Shown one piece after another: positions 24,987-35,430 of a DNA stretch of 57,249 nt (position 1 is the first letter of the stretch; every line of letters begins with the position of its first letter). The DNA comes from Azolla caroliniana (taxonomy: Eukaryota > Plantae > Polypodiophyta): positions 1 through 57,249 of the forward strand of contig JBHGNT010000185.1 of assembly GCA_043228905.1 (NCBI GenBank), read 5' to 3'. Below the pieces are notes generated by a model, which was not told the DNA's origin, did no database searches, and worked only from the letters and a program-made list of their open reading frames with translations. A program made the translations under genes and the position numbers.

Positions 24987-25931
24987 CTACCGCAACTGGA
25001 CATTGGAGTTTTCCTGTTGGCAAAAAATGTTAACCCCATCCACATGATGTGGTGTTCGACGGGATCCCTTTTTTGGGCAAGAACGAATCAAATGGTCAAG
25101 GCCGCCACAATAGAGACATAAATTGTTGGCTCGACGATGTTGTCGTTGCACGTTAGTCAATGGTCGATAGCGAATTCGATCGATATCCATTGGGGAACTA
25201 GAATCTATGGCGGGAGTCGACGATGAAGATGAAGTGGCTGGCCAAGGTGGATGGATCCGGTGAGGACATACCTCTTGCCGGAACTCAAAGAGACGGTTAT
25301 CGCAGTGCACAACTTGGGAAATAGCCTCATTCAAAGATGTGGGCTCAGGAAAGTTAAGCAAAAGATTTCTTATCTCACCTCGTAATCCTCGACGGAACTG
25401 ATCGAGGAGGGCTTGTCCGTCCCACTCCACCTCGCATGCGAGCTAACAAAAGTTAGATGCATAGATTGATGTTGCGCGTTTTCCTTGTTGTAATGCATAT
25501 AGTTTGTTGAGTGCAGCTCGTCGTTTGTCCGTCTCCCCGAAAGTTGCCTCAAATTCAGTAAGAAATGCGTGGAAGTCATTCAAGAGAGGTGAAGAAGTTT
25601 CCACCAGAGGGGCAAACCAGGCTTGCGCTTGTCCTGTCTGCGACGTGCCAATCAGCCTAACTTGTCGAAATTCATCAGAATATCGTCGGGCCTGAAGATG
25701 AATAATAAGGTGGATTTGGTTGATGAAGTCTTCTAATCGTGACCTTGATCCATCGATTTTTTCTGGCAAGCAGACATTAGGTTCTACAACAGAAGGGTCA
25801 ATAATCAGGTGAGGTATAATCGTCATCGCTGCCTGAAGTTCTTGAACAGAGTTTTGTAAGTTTGCATTCTCGCGTTGGAGTTGTTGTAGCATCGCCAAAA
25901 TTTGCTCAAGGTTACTAGATGATTCTGACAT
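24987..25931 (-). pseudogene. Ty3/Gypsy chromovirus-type (Tcn1/sushi, PEG10-like) gag with one in-frame stop; pol deleted
   Basis: LPEKIDGSRS..FINQ..GQAQAWFAPL..LQQGKR..YASNF; FRRGLR; PMDID; zinc knuckle CLYCGGLDHLIRSC; ORFs 25443..25931 and 24987..25430 in the same frame. Confidence 0.92.
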
Positions 25932-25977
25932 GATAGTGTATTGAGAAAGAAGACAAAAAGAAGAAAGGAGATCAATA

Positions 25978-26352
25978 TGTCATGGATGAACAATTGGAAG
26001 ACAAAGAGATGGGTAAGTTGATGAGATAGAGAGATGGAGAAGTTGATGACCATGAGTAAGAATGTCTATTCCATGACTGGTGTTCATCTCCTTGATGTTA
26101 ACAAGGGAGATCAACCCTTTTTTTACATATAGTGATGCATGATAAGCATGCTCATGCCAAGTCATGCATACTATAATAGCAAGCATACTGATTCTTGCAT
26201 GCCAAGTCTTACATACTGAGTCTTACACACTAAGTCTTACATACCGTGTCTTACATACCACTCTTTATACAAAGGTTTAAAGTCTAAAGTTTGTCTAGGA
26301 GAAATATATATATAAGGACCTAAGGCTCAAATTCGACTCGATGTTCATGACA
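25978..26352 (-). repeat. 5' LTR of the sushi-like element (375 bp), containing six 14-bp tandem repeats at 26184-26267
   Basis: TGTCATG...CATGACA termini 47 bp upstream of the gag ATG; CATACTGAGTCTTA-type units. Confidence 0.8.
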
Positions 26353-27671
26353 ATACTTCTCTCTTCTCCCCCCCTTTTGTACATAAGAAAAGAGGCCCTT
26401 TTTATAGGGTCTCACAATCACTAAGATCTTAAGAGCATTACAACACTTGGCTCTCATGGTTTGCTTATATATAACGGTTATTTGATTATATTATTAGAAA
26501 TATAATTATTTTATATATAAAATAGTTTATCCTAGTGGTATTTACATTCTTTCAATGATGAAGGAAAAGTGTTGAGTTCAAAATTCACTTTTTGTTCTTA
26601 TATGATCCTTCTTAAATGCATAAATTACGTGCTTTGGAAGAGGTTTCCCATCGTGTGCCATTGGCAATACGACAACATGTAAGACCAACATTAACAAGAA
26701 GCGACATGGCTGTTGTTGCGAAGTTACGCACGTACGTGTGCCACTTGAGTGGAACCACGAGGTACTTGAACCAGATGAAATGCGAAAGTGATGCCAGATT
26801 GAGAAACGAGGAAGCTATGGTTGTAAATCAAGAGGGTGTGTAAGACTAGCATCGACAAGAGGCAACATGGCCATTGTCGCGATGCGTTGTCGTGAAGAAT
26901 TTCGGCCATAGGCGAAAACCGGGAAACATTGTCTACATCGGCGGGGTGCAGCGTGTGTACGCACCCATGTAAATTTGGTGTGAATATCGAGGGCGCCTTT
27001 ATGGCGCCGAAGAGTAGTCAAGTCGGGACAGACGATCCCATGAAAGTCGGGATTTGTCCCACATTGTAACGCATCCCTCTCCTTGTTCTATAAAAGGGAG
27101 GGAACGCCCTTTGTAAAAGGGTTGCCCATTTTGCATTAGAGGGTATACCGGTAGGTTTAGGGTTAGGTTTCTTTTGCTTCTTCTTCTTCCCCTTCGTGTT
27201 CGTTTAGGGTTGGTTGCAGCTTATCTCCTGTGCGAGACCCCGCTCGACGCGACGAGCCCGAGAGCTCCCCGATGGCGGCTTGACAGCAGACGACTGTTGT
27301 AAACTATCCTGGCCCGGCTCGAAGCCGGGAGTGTATTCTTCTTATATATATATATATACATATACGTTTGCGTCTGTTTGTGTATATTGGCGTCTTGTTG
27401 GTGTCGGGTGCTCCCCTCCTTCCCTGCGTTCCCTGTACAAGAGGGCGTGTGTGCGTGCGTGCGTGTGTGCGTGCGTGTGTGTGTGCGTGCGCGCGTGAGT
27501 CGGTGTCAAGCATGCTCTCTCACTCCCTCTCTCTCTTCGGCTGCTTCCGGTGCGTTTCAGGGGTGCCCCAGAAAACGGTGAAGTGCGACTTCCTACGCTC
27601 CGTCGCTCCCTAGTCCAAGACCCCCGTGGTCCCGCCTTTCTCCACGCATGCACGTAACAACGCGACATCTT

Positions 27672-27689
27672 TGGTGAACCCGACTTGAA
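27672..27689 (+). promoter_or_regulatory. PBS, tRNA-Trp (element A)
   Basis: TGGTGAACCCGACTTGAA, 17/18 match to the complement of the plant tRNA-Trp 3' end as recalled. Confidence 0.85.
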
Positions 27690-27704
27690 AGGCGGCAAGG
27701 GAGG

Positions 27705-28430
27705 ATGGAGTCGGAAGACGACGACCTTGCGGAGATGGTGGCCGAAGTGGTGTTGGAGTTAGCATGAGTGGTGATGAGGCGAGAAGCAGTGCAACAAGCG
27801 GTTGGGCGAGTGGTCGAAAGAGTCGACCGTTTCAACGGGGACAAAGTCCCATCTTACTTGGAAGCCTACAACACGGAAATGGAAGAGCGTGGCGTAGACG
27901 AGGCGTTGAGGCTGGAGTTCTTCTGCCGGGTCGTAGCTGTCCGGAAGCATGCGGAAGTAATGGAGCTCTGTGAGGCTCATGGTTCGTGGGAGGCCTTCGA
28001 AGAGGCGCTCCTGAAGGCATACGGAGGATGGCGGAAGAGCCGGGGACGACACCACTTCGACCAGTGGGTAGCATCGGCAAAGACCCACCGGGGTGCGACA
28101 ACTTGCTCGGCTCCCAGAGCGGGAACAAGGTTTGGTGGGGGCGAACAAAGTCCTTTTGTTCGTCAGGTCGATCGACCGAGCGGAACGGGAAGCCATCGGG
28201 ATTGAGCTCGAAGACGATGATGGAGCGAATGGGCTTACGGAGGACTGGTTGAAGGTCGAAGGGTGTGCCAAAGGCTAGACAACGAGCGAGCCGAGAAGGC
28301 TAAGGGGAAGGTACGCGACGGCGTGCCATCACAGCGGGAAGAGGCCGAACGACAAAGAGAGTCGGCAAGGGTCGGCGTAGGGGCCAGGATTGCGGAGGCG
28401 TACGAAGCTCTCAAAGCGATGCTCGAGGAA
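27705..28430 (+). pseudogene. Element A gag (stop + frameshifts)
   Basis: VDRFNGDKVPSYLEAYNTEM..SWEAFEEALL; NKVLLFVRSID..GIELEDDDGANGLTEDW, homologous to gag of elements B and C. Confidence 0.8.
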
Positions 28431-30829
28431 GAGGGGAAAAGCGAAGCCGAAGAAGGGCTTATTATGGAGTCGGGCCGGAGGCGATCGAAGGATGAGGAGG
28501 CCGAAAGAGAATGGTACATCGGTACCACGGGAGAGGGTGCGGAGCGAGCCACCTTCTCGACATGCGGAGATAGAACAGCCAAGGACGAGGCCGAGATACA
28601 GATCGCGGAACCGGAACGTTGGGACCAGCGGTTTCGGGCGTGTCAGCCCGAGATCCCAGTAATTGGAGAATCAAGCCCAGACGGGGCTTGCGCGATCAGT
28701 AAGAAGACCGCCGACGACCACGAAGAGTCGGTGGCTACGGACAAGTGCGTAAAACGGACGGGTGATTCTTTGTGTCTTCCCACACTTGCTCCCAAGACGA
28801 TGGCAGTCGGGCCCGAGTACCCACGTGAGTCCCAAGCGGAGGAAGGCGACGACGGAGGGCCAAGAATCACCAGCGAGACGATACGGGGAAGGAGCGGACG
28901 AAAGCCGACATACCCGATTCCGGAGAACTCGGCAATTGGGCCCGTATGCCCATGTAAGACCGAGGAGATGGATGGCGGTACCGAGGAGTTTTGGCACGAT
29001 GCCAGCGAAGTTGGATGGGAAACGACCTGCGAGGAGGCCGAGGGCGGACGCGGCACGAGGCAATCGGCATTCCGATACGGGTGGAGCGTAATCCGGTCGT
29101 GGATCGTTCGATCGGGGCCGGATTCGGCATGAAGGTGCCGATACGGGAGAGGGTGCGAGACGAGCCGCCCTCTTTTACATGGGGAGAAAGACCGACCGGG
29201 CGAAGGTCGAGATTTGGAAAGAGAATGAAAGCCGGTCCTATGGGATTCCTTACACCGATCAGGCTGTAGTCCCGAGTGCCGACGTAAGTCCAGTACGAGA
29301 GACGGTGGCGACAGGAGAACAAGACTCGGCAATCCGGAGAAGGACGAACGGACGCGGATGAGAACCGGGCGGAGCGGACTCCCGGATGACCATTCCGGGA
29401 GGGAGGAAGAGAGCAGGCCTACGAAGAGGCCGAGGACACGGTACGTCGGTACCACGGGAGAGGGTGCGGAGTAAACCGCCCTCTCGGCATGCGGAAAAGG
29501 ACGACCCGGGACAGGGTCAAGAAGGCGACGAAGGCCTACGAAGGATCCTTCACACCGGTTCTAGAGACTTCGGCAGTCGGCAACGCGGTCAACGTAAGAC
29601 CAAGATACTGACGGTGGCGGCGAGGTGATGAAGGCTATGGGCGTAAGGAAGTCCGGTCCTACGGGATCCCCACACTTAACCAGAGACTCCGGCAGTTCGG
29701 CCAACGTGGCAACATGAGACCGAGAGAGAAGGTTGGTGGCGGCGGGAAACGGGACCCAACTAAGCGGAAGACGGCACAAGGGAGGTGCCGAGAACGAAGG
29801 GACAAGTACCTAGTGGACTGCACAGGGTCGGAACCAGGACGACAAGAGAGGCCGGAGGAAGATCCTCCACACTCGCTTCGTAGATCTCGGTAACTCCGTC
29901 GAAGTAACAAAGACTGACACGGCAAGCCGGGGTGACAAGCTGGTGGGGGCGAGGGGACGACGGCAAGCGAAAGACCCAGGACCTGTTTCAGCAGCACGAT
30001 GGCGGGAAGGGCCAAGCGGGCTACTACGGGGTGTTCCTCGGATGCAAAGGAAACCGGTATGCGGGTGAACATCGATGCACGATCAGGCCGGAAAGGGGCT
30101 GACGAGGAGTGCAACATGGGCAGTGCCAAACAACAGACGAGGGTAGGTGGCACACGGAGGTGCCGGAGCGGAAAGGCGAGCGCGGAGAAGGCCGGAAAGG
30201 GATCTTCCACACTGTTCCGGAGACCATGGCGGTTCGAGCCGACGCGACGACGTAAGACCATGGAGAAGGAAGGTGACCGCGGAAGGACGAAGGCGACGCG
30301 AAACACCATCGGGACATCACGATTCAACAACGGAGGCCAAGCGGGCTGCCACGGGCATTCCTCTAGCGGAGGACATCGGGCATACGGCGGGAAGCGGGGC
30401 GTTCATACGGCCAAACAAGGGCCAACGGAAGAACACGTGCTACGGACATCGCGGCAAAGGACCCATCGACGGGTCGAACGAGCCTACGGGGAGGCGAGCG
30501 CGAAGGAAGACTCGAAGCCGCTGGATCAAACCGGCAGCGAGCCGAGATGCGGATTACGGGAGACCGGTTTCTCACCGGCCGAAATCTCTCACCCTTCAAC
30601 CAGATTGGCACGTACCGGTGGACGTGCAGTTAGGTGGGGGCGGATGTCGTGAAGAATTTCGGCCATAGGCGAAAACCGGGAAACATTGTCTACATCAGCG
30701 GGGTGCAGCGTGTGTACGCACCCATGTACATTCGGTGTGAATATCGAGGGCGCCTTTATGGCGCCAAAGAGTAGTCAAGTCGGGATAGACGATCCCATGA
30801 AAGTCGGGATTTGTCCCACATTGTAACGC

Positions 30830-31591
30830 TGTCGTACTGTATTTCGTACACTACGTGAAAAAGTAAAAATAATATAACCGATTTAATTACATATAAATAA
30901 ATAAAATAAGAATATCAAGATATTTATCATGTGCATAGGGCAGGATTCAAACCCTGTACCTCCACGTAGCCAAACCTCAACTTTACCATTATGCTACCTT
31001 ATCTTTAGTGTTCTACAAATAGATTTAATAACTATAAGTGCTTTATTTGCACCTACCTTTATTAAAAGGTAAATCGTGCATTTTTAGAGTGCGTGAATAT
31101 TTTATAGAAAAACGCAAGCAACTAAAAAGTGACGCATGCACATCTAGCGTGCATGAGCACTATATTTAGCAAATAAAAGCAAGGATTAGAAAAGCATCAC
31201 ATGCACATTTAGTGTGCATGAACATATTAGAAAAAAAGCATGTAGCTATGCTTAGTCTCTCCCATCACTATATAAGGATGGGGAGCACAATGTAATAGGT
31301 GTGTGAAAAATATTTGGAAACTAGATATGTTTCTAAAAAACACCAATTAATAAACTATACTCATGGGATTCACGAGAATTCTATATCATTCTCTTTCAAC
31401 CGAAGTTTATATTCTTATATTCATATTGATTAATCTAATACAATACACTCGTGGGATTCACGAGTTTGCTATAACTCTTTCTTACAACATATTTATATTC
31501 TTATTAGCCTTAAAACTCTCCTCTTCCTAGTCCAAAACCCCAGCGGTTCCCACCCGACTCACGCAACGATCCAGAGCCGAAAGGCACGACA
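30830..31591 (+). mobile_element. Solo LTR (762 bp) related to element C, nested in the 3' LTR of element A
   Basis: TGTCGTACTG...GGCACGACA; 4-bp TSD ACGC/ATGC; empty site TTGTAACGCATCCC seen in the 5' LTR of A. Confidence 0.93.
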
Positions 31592-32199
31592 ATGCATCCC
31601 TCTCCTTGTTCTATAAAAGGGAGGGAACGCCCTTTGTAAAAGGGTTGCCCATTTTGCATTAGAGGGTATATCGGTAGGTTTAGGGTTAGGTTTCTTCTGC
31701 TTCTTCTTCTTCCCCTTCGTGTTCGTTTAGGGTTGGCTGCAGCTTATCTCCTGTGCGAGACCCCGCTCGACATGACGAGCCCGAGAGCTCCCCGACGGCG
31801 GCTTGACAGCAGACGACTGTTGTAAACTATCCTAGCCCGGCTCGAAGCCGGGAGTGTATTCTTCTTATATATATATATATATACATATAAGTTTGCGTCT
31901 GTCCGTGTATATTGGCGTCTTGTTGGTGTCGGGTGCTCCCCTCCTTCCCTGCGTTCCCTGTACAAGAGGGCGTGTGTGTGCGCGCGCGCGTGAGTCGGTG
32001 TCAAGCACGCTCTCTCACTCCCTCTCTCTCTTCGGCTGCTTCCGGTGCGTTTCAGGGGTGCCCCAGAAAACGGTGAAGTGCGACTTCCTACGCTCCGTCG
32101 CTCCCTGGTCCAAGACCCCCGTGGTCCCGCCTTTCTCCATGCACGCGTGTAACAACGCGACAACGTGTATGTGTGTTACTTGAGTGGGACCGCCGGGGA

Positions 32200-32905
32200 T
32201 TTGAACTAGAGAGGATTGATGACTTGAAGGCTCGTTAGAGTCGAATGATCGTTTGAGTCAAAAGATCCTAAGATTCAGAAGATTGTTAGATGTGAAGGTT
32301 CTACAGAGTTGAAAGATCATTAGGGTTAGAGGCTTTATAGAGTCGAAGGTAACCCAGAGTTGAAAGATCTTGAGAGTCAAAATATCGTCACAATCGAAGG
32401 TTCTGCAGAGTCGAAGGTACATCAGAGTTGAAGGGACCACATGTATGAGGGCGTGTAAAACTAGCATCGACACAAGGCAACATCACCATCGTCGCAACGC
32501 GTGTATGTGTGCTACTTGAGTGGGACCACCGGGATTTGAACTAGAGAGGATTGATGACTTGAAGGTTCGTTAGAGTCGAATGATCGTTCGAGTCAAAAGA
32601 TCCTAAGATTCAAAAGATTGTTAGATGCGAAGGTTCTATAGAGTTGAAAGATCATTAGGGTTAGAAGCTATATAGAGTCGACGGTAACCCAAAGTTGAAA
32701 GATCCTGAGAGTCAAAATATCGTTAGAATTGAAGGCTCTGTAGAGTCGAAGGTATGTCAGAGTTGAAGGCTATCTAGAGTCAAAGGTAGGTTATAGTCGA
32801 ACATTCTAAAGAGTCAAGGGTAAGTTAGAGTTGAAGATTTTTCAAAGTCAAAGGCTCCTCAAAGTCAAAGATTTGTTAGAGTCGAAGGCTACTTAGAGTC
32901 GAAGG
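32200..32905. repeat. ~20-21-bp minisatellite (core AGAGTCGAAGG) with ~335-bp higher-order duplication
   Basis: Core recurs about every 20 bp; 32165-32499 repeated from 32500. Confidence 0.88.
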
Positions 32906-34254
32906 TAGCGATGACCCGAACAATGAATTATACGTAAGGTTAGGATTGAATCATGTAATTAACCCAATGATCATGAAATTATGAATGAATTTTACAATAT
33001 TAAGTTTGAAATTGCTAGATTAAGAAAGAAATTCCCTTTATAAAATAGGGATTGTACGTTTTTGGATGTTGTTTTATTATGACGATGGTAAATTTCAGAA
33101 ATTAATCATGAACTAAGAACCTTAAATTTCACTAAGAATAAACCCTAAAACAACAAGTATACTATGGAGAAGAAGATGAAGAAGAAAAGGAAGAAAAGAA
33201 TAATAGTGAAGTGTTTTGGTGTAAACTTCGAACGGTCAATGACCACATTGCCTCTTGTCGATACTGGTTTTACACTTCCTCTTGACTCGATACCATTGCT
33301 TCCCAATCCGACAGAGCTTCCATGTCTCTCTTTCTCTACCACTCAACCTTTTTAATATTTCTATTTAAACATATTTTCTGTTATGTGCACCCACATCCAC
33401 CCCCACCAAACCTGCACATCCTTTGGTATGTGCCAAGTGTGGTACTGAAGGGGAGGGGGGGCAAGTTGGAACCTTTGATCCTTGTCCTAATCTTTTCTTT
33501 TATCCATAACCTATGTATTTATGCTGGATTGACCAAGAACCGATGGTTCCTTATCTCTCTTCTCCCCACACCACCACAACCATTCTTTCCACCATAGCTA
33601 TGAAGAGCATCCAATTACTTAAGGCTTCACATGCACTTTGTGCCACCACAACCAGTTGTTGTGGCTTCTTTCGCTTTCCCCGAGCATAACCTTTCGTGCA
33701 CCACACATGTGCAGCCCTCATTCTGAGTGTCTCCTTGGTCAAGACACTTCAAACTTCTTTCTTCCATTGATTTGTGTTAAGCAATTGGAATGCATCATGC
33801 CTTGGTCATGAAGAAGAGTGCATCAACAATTATACTCGGCAACTAAAAGGACAAATGAAAGGGAATGCACGCCAACATGCAGCCAAGTGTGAAATGGCCA
33901 CACCCACAATGTAAAACCTATATAAACCACACAATGATGTATTTGTAAGGGTTCCTCCATTCGTAAGATCTCAAAAGTGATTAGAGCTCTAAAGCTTCCT
34001 CTCTTCTTTCTTGTAATCATAAGCTTAAGAGAGATTCATGATAGATTTGTAGAAAAACACTAATCTCTAATCCATGTTGGTGCTTGAACCCTTAGCAAGA
34101 GGGTTTAATAAATATATTCATGGTTTCTATTTGTCTAAGAGAGTGAGTGTGAGAGAGATTTAAGCGTTAATTCTGTGTATTCGTTAAGTGAGTGTGAGTC
34201 TCGAGGGTATTTCACAACTACCCTTACCCGGTTCGCCACCAAGAGGGGATACGT

Positions 34255-35430
34255 TGTCGTGAAGATTTTCGGCAACGGTGTGAAAATTGTGTGCAACAAA
34301 CGAAATCGAGAAGGTACAATGTGCACGTGTGAAAGGGGTGAAGGCCACACACATACGCTAGCATGTTGTAAATAGGACTAAAATGAGAATCCTAAAAGAA
34401 AAGCTAGATGTAAAGTTACACATGTGCACGTGTGATGTGCACTCAATTGTAAATATAAAAATAAGATTAAAGCCTAGTAACATTTAAGTGCATACATAGG
34501 GGTGGAAGCAAAGCTTGAACCTTGCACCTCCAAGATAGGAGACAAATTAACTTACCAATAAAGCCACTACTGAGTGCTTTAAAATTTGTATATTTTCTTT
34601 TCATATTCAGTATTTTGTAGGAAGCAAACATATAGAAACCGTGGGCACAAAACCATGGTTTTAGCCCGTGGGTTTAGCCCATGGTTTTTGCATGGAGAGA
34701 CCTATAAAAGCCTATAATGGGGCTTGTGTAAGGAAGCAAGTGATGTAAGTAAAAAAAAGAAACTCTTAATCAAAGATCGGAGTTATCCTAATGGTGATGT
34801 ATCTTGTCTCGTAAAACTAAAGTCAAGGGTTCAATGTCTATCTCTCTCTCTCTCTCTCTCTCTCTTCATCCATCCATCTATCTTCAATACTTTCTTGCTT
34901 ACGCTGCTAAAAACATCGAATCCTTCCGGTCCAGGACCCCGGTGGTCCCGCTTCATTTCGCGAACACGCGAGGATTTTCTCGACATCTTACTTGGTGAAC
35001 CCGACGTGAAGAAGCAGTAGGAAGGATAAAGACGAGGATCGACCAATACTTGGAGATGGCATCCTCAAGCAATCAAGTGGGAGAGTTTGAAAGAATGATG
35101 ATAATCTTCAAACAAATGATCAGATCTCGGGACAACGATGCGAGTGTGGAGAAGGCCGTCAACCGTGTCGTGGAGGTCGAGGGTCAATTTGACGGAATGA
35201 ACATTACGAAGTTCCTTGATGCATACAAAAGGGAGATGAATCAGAGGGACGTGTCTGAAGCGCATCAAATTACAATTTTTCAAGAGAGTGGTGGCCAACA
35301 ACATCCAAAGGCGCGTCATCGAGCTTCAAGAAGGGAAGACAATGTGGTCGGAGTTTGAGAAGCGATATTTGCAGAGTTTGCGATGGAAGATTTGTCGAAG
35401 ATGACTCGACATGCCTTGATGAAGTGGATA
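34255..35430 (+). mobile_element. Element B: 5' LTR (34255-34985), tRNA-Trp PBS (34993-35010) and truncated gag (from 35056) of a Gypsy element
   Basis: TGTCGTGAAGA...CTCGACA; PBS TGGTGAACCCGACGTGAA; gag VEGQFDGMNITKFLDAYKREM; no 3' LTR in window. Confidence 0.88.

Larger units (their letters stand above)
26888..32162 (+). mobile_element. Element A: non-autonomous (gag-only) Ty3/Gypsy LTR retrotransposon, tRNA-Trp primed
   Basis: 5' LTR 26888-27667; 3' LTR 30645-30829 + 31592-32162; TGTCG...CGACA ends; PBS 27672-27689; PPT 30632-30644; 4-bp TSD GCGT/ACGT; no RT/INT motifs found. Confidence 0.92.
26570..33152 (+). mobile_element. Putative ~1.3-kb solo LTR-like host sequence containing the minisatellite, interrupted by element A
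   Basis: TGTTG...AAACA ends, flanks AAAAG/ACAAG, TATA-like CCCTTTATAAAATAGGG near 33035; 26730-26887 matches repeats at 32165 and 32440-32540. Confidence 0.35.

Noticed and set aside
28235-30668. Long overlapping ORFs on both strands (270, 289, 223, 217 aa) as genes
   Set aside because: Expected in GC-rich repeat DNA; no recognisable domain
32200-32905. CRISPR-like array
   Set aside because: Degenerate tandem units without unique spacers, no cas genes, eukaryotic context
33145-34250. Short ORFs as a host gene or gag
   Set aside because: No convincing motif or splice structure
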